Below, one piece after another: positions 56,703 to 64,000 of a stretch of 64,000 nt of DNA; within the stretch, counting starts at the first letter, position 1; every line of letters starts with the position of its first letter. The DNA is taken from contig OZ251223.1 of NCBI GenBank assembly GCA_965240325.2, positions 4,030,001 to 4,094,000 on the forward strand. Reading direction: 5' to 3'. This stretch comes from Rebecca billardiae RCC1528. Its lineage: Eukaryota > Protista > Haptophyta. The notes beneath the pieces were generated by a model. That model did no database searches, was not told the DNA's origin, and saw only the letters and a program-made list of their open reading frames with translations. The position numbers and the translations under genes are program-made.

Positions 56703-59028
56703 TCAGTCGTGGAAGCGCTCGCAGAACGTTTTGTGGTGCCACCTGAACTCCTCGACGGCTGCCTGGAGCGCGCTGGTGGAGGGCAGGAAGGTGGTGCGGA
56801 AGCCAACGCGCCCCTCCGCCTGGTGCAAATGCGCGCGGCGCGAGCGAGTCGCGCGTCAGAGGCGAGTGCGCGGCGCGAGCGCGGCGGGTGACGCGAGTCG
56901 CTCGCGGGGCGGCGGCCCACCTGGCCAAAGCCCGAGGCGGGCACGACGCACACGCCCGTCGTCTCGAGCAGCGACATGGCGTAGAGGCAGTCGACGCTCA
57001 TCCCGCGCTCGGCCGCCGCCTCCCACGCGCGCTCGGGCACCTCCACCGCGGGGAACGCGTACATGCTCCCCTTGGCCTCGTTGCACGTGAAGCCGTCGAT
57101 CGAGTTGAGGCCCTGGACCAGCAGCTTGGACTTGTGCGCGAGCGAGTGCCTGATCTCGCCGACCTCGGCGGCGTACTGCTCGAAGGAGGCGTCGCCGGGC
57201 TGCGGCGGGCGGACCATGAGCGACGTGAGCGCCTGCCCCGGCACGGCCGAGCACAGCCCCGACGAGGCCAGCTTGAAGAGCTGCGACTGCACGTAAGGGT
57301 CCTGTGTGCCGTGTGAGGGGCCGTGTGCGCGCGCACGGGACGCGCGCGGCGGCGCACACCGGTCGCGCGGCGCGGGGGCGGGTGAGCGGCGCGGCGCGGC
57401 GCCGGCCCCGCGCGGCGGCGGCGCGCAGCCGAGCGCCCTCCCTCGCGCCCTCCCTCGCGCGCGCGCGCACGATGTTGTGCAGCTCCATGTACCCGCCCCT
57501 GCGGCCGCACTCGCCGATGAAGCCCTTGGAGGTGCTGTGGAAGGAGACGAGTTCGAGCGAGGACGCCTCCGCGCCCATCTCGATCGCGACCTTGCGCGCG
57601 GAGAGGAAGCTCGCGTCGTCGGCGTACACGTTCTCCTGGTACACCTCGTCCGCGAGCAGCACGAGCCGCTCGCGCACGCAGAATCGGATCACGTCCTGCA
57701 GCGTGCTCCGGCCGAACACCTGGCCGGTCGGGTTGCCCGGGTTGATGATCACGCACGCGCGCGGCGCCTTGCCGAGCGCGCGCGCGTCGTCGACGGCGGA
57801 CTGCAGCCGCTCCGGCGTGATCGCCCAGTCGCGCTTCTCGTCGAGCTGGTACCCCGCCTGGTACGCGCCGAGCAGCGAGAGCATGCCTGCGTGCGCGCAC
57901 CCACGCACCGCGCGCGCGGCGCGCGCGCGCGAGGGGAGCGTGTCGCGAGCCGAGCGCGCGGCGGTCGCGGCGCGGCGGTCGCGGCGGCATGGCGCGGCGG
58001 GCTGCGCACCGGAGTAGATGGGGTACTGCGGGATGGGCACGAGCACGGCGTCGTCGTCGGTGCTGATCACCGCGGTGAGCAGCATCTGGATCGCCGCGCT
58101 CGCGCCGTTGGTGAGGAAGAGGTGGTCTGGGGAGACCGCGTGGCCGTCGCGCGCGCTGATGAAGTCGGCCACGTCCTGCCGGAAGCCGAGGATGCCCTGG
58201 GTGTGCGTGTACGCGCCCGTGCCGCCGGTGCCCATCATCTCGTGCATCTCCCGCGCGCGCTCGATCGCGTCCGACGGGAAGAGCTGCGACGCCATCGGAT
58301 GGTCGATGCCGTACTGCGGCGGCAGGTCGCACAGCGCAAGCACCTGCGGCGCATGCACACGGGGCGGAGGGCGGCGCCACCAGCGCGCGGCGCGTGAGAT
58401 GGCCGCGTGCCACGCCGCGGTGCACGGTGCTCGGTGGCTCGTGCGCGGGCCCGCGCGCGCGCGCGCACGTCCGCGCGCACGGCCCGCGCTCGCCGCCGCC
58501 GCGCACCTGCCGGAAGAACGTGATGGGCGTCTGGCCGACCGCCTGCGGGTTGCCATTGTGCGCGTACGTGATCTCGGAGAAGGGCAGCGGGTCGCCGGCG
58601 AGCAGCTGCGCCTCGATCTCCTCGGCGCGAACAAGCACCTCACCGCGCACGGCGTACTCCATCTGCCGCAGCTTCTGCGACATTGTGAACTCGTTGAGCG
58701 CGCGCGGGCGCTCCTTGGCGGGCGGATGCGGGTGCGCGTCCTCCTCGAGCTGTGCCTGCGCGCGGCGCTCGAGCTCGTCCCAGTCGATCTCGTCGACCGA
58801 GCTCGCCGCCACGGCGGTGCTCTGATGCCTGTCCCATGCGGGGGAGAGGCTCACCGGACGTCGGCTCCCTCGCGCAGGGAGCGCGCTCGCCGTGCGCAGC
58901 GCGCGCACGCCAACGCGCGCGGCGATGGACGATCCAAGCGCGAGCGCCTGTGGCGCAGCGACCACCGAGTGGAGCGCGCGCGCGGCGATGCCCGACGAGT
59001 AGATCGTGGACGAGATTGCCGAGGTCAT
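56703..59028 (-). CDS. Alanine (glutamate:glyoxylate-type) aminotransferase with presequence; introns 58506-58344, 58009-57887, 57470-57302, 56920-56820
   Basis: MEYAVRG, NGNPQAVGQTPITFFRQV, VPIPQYPIYS, INPGNPTGQ, ADEVYQEN, PLP-lysine motif SFHSTSKGFIGECGRRGGY, SGFGQ, FRTTFLP. Confidence 0.95.
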
Positions 59029-61410
59029 GGTCTTGAGTGCGCGTGTGTCAGCGCGGAGCGTTCGGGAACGTGAGAGAGGGCCGAGCGGGGGAAGTCGGCG
59101 CGATTGCGGCCGTCGCCGTCGTCGGCTTGCTTTGATTGTGCAGTTGGACACTTGGACTTTCCACTTTTTCCTTCCACTTCGTGACTTCGCGGTTCGGCAG
59201 GGCAAAACTGAGACATATCTTCTTGGCTTCGTCGGCCAATCACGTCGGCGGCCTTGCTGAAGTAGTAGTAGTAGTATGGGAACAAATAACCAATGGTCGT
59301 GCACCTGCTCGAGTCCAGGGCTAGATTTGCTCTAACCAAATTCGTCGTTTGCTTGCCGTTGGGAGTGTTTTGAGCAGTCCTCTCATCCTCAAAAAGTGTC
59401 GAATCGATTCGCGCATTTGCTCCGGAACGAATGTTTGGTTCCTTCCGCTTTGTTTGGTTCCGGATCCCCCTGCGTGGTGGTCGAACAATGGAGCGTCGGC
59501 AACCCAACCACCCCGCGGTCGCTGCAACTCAGACTGGCGGTCCGTCGTCAGGCGATAACGGGCCACGCCATGTCGTTCACTGGTGTCGTCCCCAAGATGT
59601 ACACACCCGCGCTGTCCCGGAGCCGATAACCATTCGATTGAGTCCGAAGACATTGAAAGCGTTGCCCGAGTACTTCACTCAGAATTGAGCAGCGCGGCCC
59701 TGCGATGCAGATATCTGCTGATGCATTGTCAAAAGCCTGTGGTGGCAGTCGCGTTGTGCGTTGTGGCAAGGGCTCGATAGCATTCACTCAGTTCGTATTT
59801 CCGACGGTGACTTAGCCACCGCGGGCACCGAGCCTCTCGGAACCTGCGGCCTGTAGGCCGGCAGCCTCGGAGGCAGCCTGCGTGCCGGTCCGTCCACTCT
59901 AGTGCCAGTCCTCCGTGAGAATGTGGCCCAGAGCGGCCGCACTTGCGCCGAAAACCCCCTCCCCCTTCGCTCCACCCCGCCACCAGACAAAGACGCGGTG
60001 GTGCGCACGCGTCGACGCAAGACGGAGCATTGGGCTTCCGCTCGGTGATCGGCGTTCGGACGACTGTCGACCAGTGCGAGGAGCGCTGGTCCTGTCGTCA
60101 GTTCGTCCCTGCTAACTGCGATCTGCTGCAGCTGCCTGACTCTGACGCCTGCCCGTTGCATGCCACGACGTTGCATACATACGCGATATACAGTTCGACC
60201 CAGACTCGCCCATGGGCGATCAATTCTGACGACGAGGAGGCGCAGCTGAGTCAGACGAGGGCAAAGCGAGTTCCCTGCCAGCCGCAGCACCGCTAGCCGC
60301 CGCCAGCCAGCCAGCCGAGCAGAGCGGCAAGCGCGCATTGCGACCGCGCAGAGCACGCATGGACGGCCGCATCACCGCAGGACCAACCGCCAGGGCCCAG
60401 CGGCTGAGACGGCCGTCTGGCAGTGGCATTCGGTCCCGGCTGACTCCTGCACCCTCGCCCCTTGACTAGGTACTGCCAGACTAGGGCGCAGCAGGCCCAT
60501 GCCGGAGCTGCGCAGCGCGGGTGGATCGCGCTGGAGCAGCTCAAGACGCGCTTGAGCTAAATTTTCGGAAATATTTTTCGATCGCGGTGCAGACAGGGGC
60601 TCTGCCACCAACGCCGACTACGGTGTCGACGATGGCCACTGGCACTCCGCACTGCGGGCCGACAAATCACAGGAGACCTGCGACCGGCCGTCTAGCCATA
60701 CTGTTTCGGTGTCGGCTGTCGCCGTCGCGCGGTGTCAGTGTCACCCGTGTCTGATCAGACGTGACGACTCGTCACGTTGTCGTTATTATATATATCACCT
60801 TGAAAAAACGCCACCAGCGTTCGCGGCCACATTGAGAAGTTTTTCACGGCTCATTGATCGACGCTAAGCAAGATCCACCATTAAGGCAGGTCGGCCAAGG
60901 GAATCACGTCCATCGATACGCGACCAATCAACAGGCTCCATTCGATTTACTCATGATTCCGGCGAGGCTGGTAATGCGGGTAGATGAAATGGCGCTGTCT
61001 GATTGGTCAGCCGTTTGCTATCATTCCTTCGCGGCATCCAATCATCTGCAACTCTGAAACGAAGAACAGGGCCCATCAGGTCTCTTTTCGGGTGCTCGGT
61101 AGATCGAAAGCGGGCGCTCGCCCCTCCGAGCGAGCGAGGCTCACCATCCACCTGCGCCGGCGGGCGGCTGGGCCACGCATCGCGTGAGGTCGTGCAGCCG
61201 TTGCGTTGCCCTGCTGTGGGCATGTGCTGCCTGGGCTGCGGCAGATCAGCACTAAGTGCTTCAGCCTGCCACGCAAGTGCTCCTCCTTGACACCGTCTCC
61301 GGGTCCGTGGAAGTCATGCGCGCCGGCCCCGCTGCCGTAGAGGACGAAGTGCTTTGACAGTTCAAGTTGCTGCTGGCCCAATATCGCTCTGAAGTCATCA
61401 ACGACATCGT

Positions 61411-61414
<4 letters not shown>

Positions 61415-61458
<44 letters not shown>

Positions 61459-61498
61459 AGAGAGAGAGAGAGAGAGTAATAAGAGAGAGAGAGAGAGC

Positions 61499-61541
<43 letters not shown>

Positions 61542-61545
61542 GAGA
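61415..61545. repeat. Interrupted (GA)n microsatellite
   Basis: GA run with several interruptions. Confidence 0.95.
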
Positions 61546-61983
61546 GGCATCCATGACCATTCGGAGGAATGAGGATTGATTGAGGTCCTCCCGGCTGTGC
61601 ACGGTTTTCACGAGTCATGAAGTTCATCATGTCCGAACTACGACAGCAGACTGTTTAGAGTGTACACATCATCAGTACACTAGCTGCTCACGTCAGACAG
61701 TACTCAGTAGTGATGCCCGTCTCATGACTATGATGAGTCCGATCACTCCGATGGGCTCATGCCCCATGGCCATGGGCCCGCCGTCGGACTGGCGTGAGGC
61801 GGGGGTCCGCGCCGCACCCGTAACTCCTATGAGACGAACCGCGGAAGCCAGATCAGATGATGAGCCCTATATATATATATGCACTAATACCTGTAGGGCG
61901 ACATCACATTTATTATGCAGTAGACTGAATGTTTATAACGTCGACGATCCGCCGACGCTGACGATGCGCGTCACAGGCGGCGC

Positions 61984-64000
61984 TTATTTGCGCAGCGCTG
62001 CGCGCACGAGCACAAGGCCGAGAGCGCCGGCGAGGGCGCATGCGATCGGCACGATCGGCACGCCGTCGAAGAGACCGGGCGGCTTCGGCAGCTCGCCGAT
62101 CTTGAACTTGGAGAGGATCTTCTCCGCGTTGTCCGAGTGACCGACCTCCTCGTATGCCTGCGGCGCGCAGACGCCAGCCGGTGGCGAGGGGGGGCGGGGT
62201 TCGAGTGAGGACGGGCGGGCGGCGCGACGCAGGCGTGTGGCGCGGGCGAGCTGGCCCGCACCTCAGTCGCATCGGTGCCGACGACGCCCATGATCGACTC
62301 GGGCCCTCCCGGATGCTCCTTCATGTACGATGCCGGGATCTTATAGACGTTGCCGCGGATCGCGAGCCATGCGTCATTCTGCGCACGCGGCGGCACGTGT
62401 CGGCGGCGAGGGGGGCAGGTGAGCACAGGGCGCGAGCGCCAGGGCAGCGATGCATCGCTCGCTCGCAGAAGGGCGCTCGCGCACGCGCGCTCACCGCGTC
62501 GGTGTGCTTGGCGACCTCCTCGAGCTCGATCGGCCCGTCCACCACGGGCATGCTGTCCGGCTGCCGCTCCGGCGCCGAGGCCCCGCCGCTCTTTGCGATG
62601 TCGTTCATCGACGAGCCCTGCGCGAGTTTGCCCTGCGACGCGGACGACGTCATGCCCGGGTTTGGCGAGCTGCCGGCCAGGTTGTTGGACGACGAGTTGC
62701 GGTTCAGCTGCAGGCCCGAGGCGATGCGACGCATGCCGGCGATGAGCGGCGAGGGCGACGCCGCCGCCGCCTTCTCCGTCTCCATCCACCCGCCCGGCAG
62801 CTTGCCCGGCTGCGTCGGGTGCTCGAACGTGAGCTGCGACACAACGCCGCGCGCGTACGTGCGGTGGATCTTGACGCGGAAGATCGGGTTGTTGAGCATG
62901 CCCATCACGTTCCAGGTGAGGTGGTTCGGCTGCGTGTTCATGTGCGAGTCCCACGCGCGGCAGCAGATCTCTTTCGCGCCGAGCAGCCGCGAGACGGACA
63001 CGTCGAACGACCAGAGGCAGTGGCACCAGTACCGGCCGTACTCGGTGGGCGTCTCGGGGTGCTCCACCTTGCCGCCCTCCCACGACACGCCGCCGTCGAG
63101 CGAGATCTCCGCGCGGATCACCTTCTTGCCGCCGCCCGAGTAGGCGTAGCCGCGGATGGTGTACACCTCGCCGGCGACCGAGTCCGGCGTGATCGGCATC
63201 ACCTCGTCGTGCGCCGGGCTCTCCATCGCCGAGTTGATGTTGAGCTCGTTGATGATGTAGTCGGGCTTGTACCACCAGCCCTCGGCCGTCGCCGACTCGG
63301 GCGTGACGCCGACCGGCAGCACGCGGTTGTCCATGAAGTGGTAGTGGTTGTCCGACTCGGCCTCGGCGACCTCGATGTGCGTGAGCCACTTGATCATGCG
63401 CCCGCCGATGTACCCCGGGATGATGATGCGCACCGGGTAGCCGTGGTCGGGCAGCAGCGTCTTGCCGTTCTGCTCCCACGCGACCATGATCTCGTTCGCC
63501 GGGTCGAGCACCTTGTGCAGCGGGACCGACGTGCCGTAAGAGCCGTCCTCGCCCTTGGGGAGCTCGCCCTTCGGGCCGCGGAAGCGCACGTGCAGCTTGC
63601 CCTCGGGGTCGTCCTTGACGCCCGCCGCGCGCAGCACCTCGCTCAGCAGGCAGCCGCCCCACACGGTCGTCGCCCACGCCGTCGGGCCCCACGAGAAGCC
63701 GATCGTCTGCTTGACCATGTTCTGCTCCTTGCGCCGGTTGCCCGCGCAGACGAGCAGGACGGGGATCTGGCGGAAGGGCATCTGCTGCAGCTCCGCCATC
63801 GAGAACTGCCGCGGCTTGTCGACCAGGCCCTCCACGTCGATGCGCCACTCGTCCCACACCTTCTGCTTGGCCTCGTCGGTCGGGATCTTGACGGGCACGG
63901 CGCCGTGGTTGCGGACGTAGTGGAGCTGCGGCGGGCAAATGAAGCCCTGCTTCATGCACAGCGTCAGCGGCGGCTCGCAGTTGAACGGGTGCAGGCCGGT
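61984..64000 (-). CDS. NIA: Eukaryotic nitrate reductase-like protein (5' end outside window): Moco, dimerisation, hinge 1, cytochrome b5, C-terminal TM anchor; introns 62494-62379, 62261-62158
   Basis: HPFNCEPPL, HYVRNHG, LVCAGNRRKEQN, PDHGYPVR, GGRMIKWL, RGYAYSGGG, WNVMGMLNN, FEHPTQPG..GGWM. The b5 domain has HPGG and GHS. Stop TAA at 61986-61984. Confidence 0.92.

Noticed and set aside
59100-61980. Possible missing NR FAD/NAD exons or another gene downstream of NR
   Set aside because: No reductase motifs appear in any listed frame. The short segment DDFRAILGQQQLELSKHFVLYG looks protein-like but cannot be assigned.
61984-64000. Interpretation as sulfite oxidase
   Set aside because: The b5 domain is C-terminal to Moco, and NR-specific motifs (CAGNRRKE, FEHPTQPG..GGWM) are present. 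Animal-type sulfite oxidase has an N-terminal b5.

Overview
This is very GC-rich eukaryotic nuclear DNA with short GT-AG introns (mostly 90-170 nt, donors often GTGCGC or GTGAGC). The style and gene content suggest an alga such as a haptophyte, but that is inference only. About 19 host genes lie mostly in head-to-head pairs separated by TpA-rich spacers: SCC3/STAG, WDR61/SKI8, RPS15A, a DUF4139 protein, a multi-UBZ protein, a 53-aa QCR10-like ORF missed by the ORF track, eIF1/SUI1, a MIOX-like diiron enzyme, MiaB/CDK5RAP1, a sulfotransferase, a hybrid histidine kinase, a PHD-PHD-F-box protein, a membrane TIR-like protein, a RimI-like acetyltransferase, a PH/PX protein, alanine aminotransferase, a nitrate reductase-like gene and two hypothetical genes. 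Mobile DNA comprises a young Ty1/copia element, several MITE-like elements and three long foldback palindromes. Four observations stand out. (1) The nitrate reductase stops after its cytochrome b5 domain and ends in a membrane tail-anchor, with no FAD/NAD(P)H domain. (2) The copia element has a -1 slippery heptamer between protease and integrase, TG...TA LTR ends, no canonical PBS and no integrase HHCC motif. (3) Foldbacks with 300-430 bp arms fill divergent promoter regions. (4) eIF1 starts in a poor start-codon context. All splice models were read by eye and need RNA-seq confirmation.
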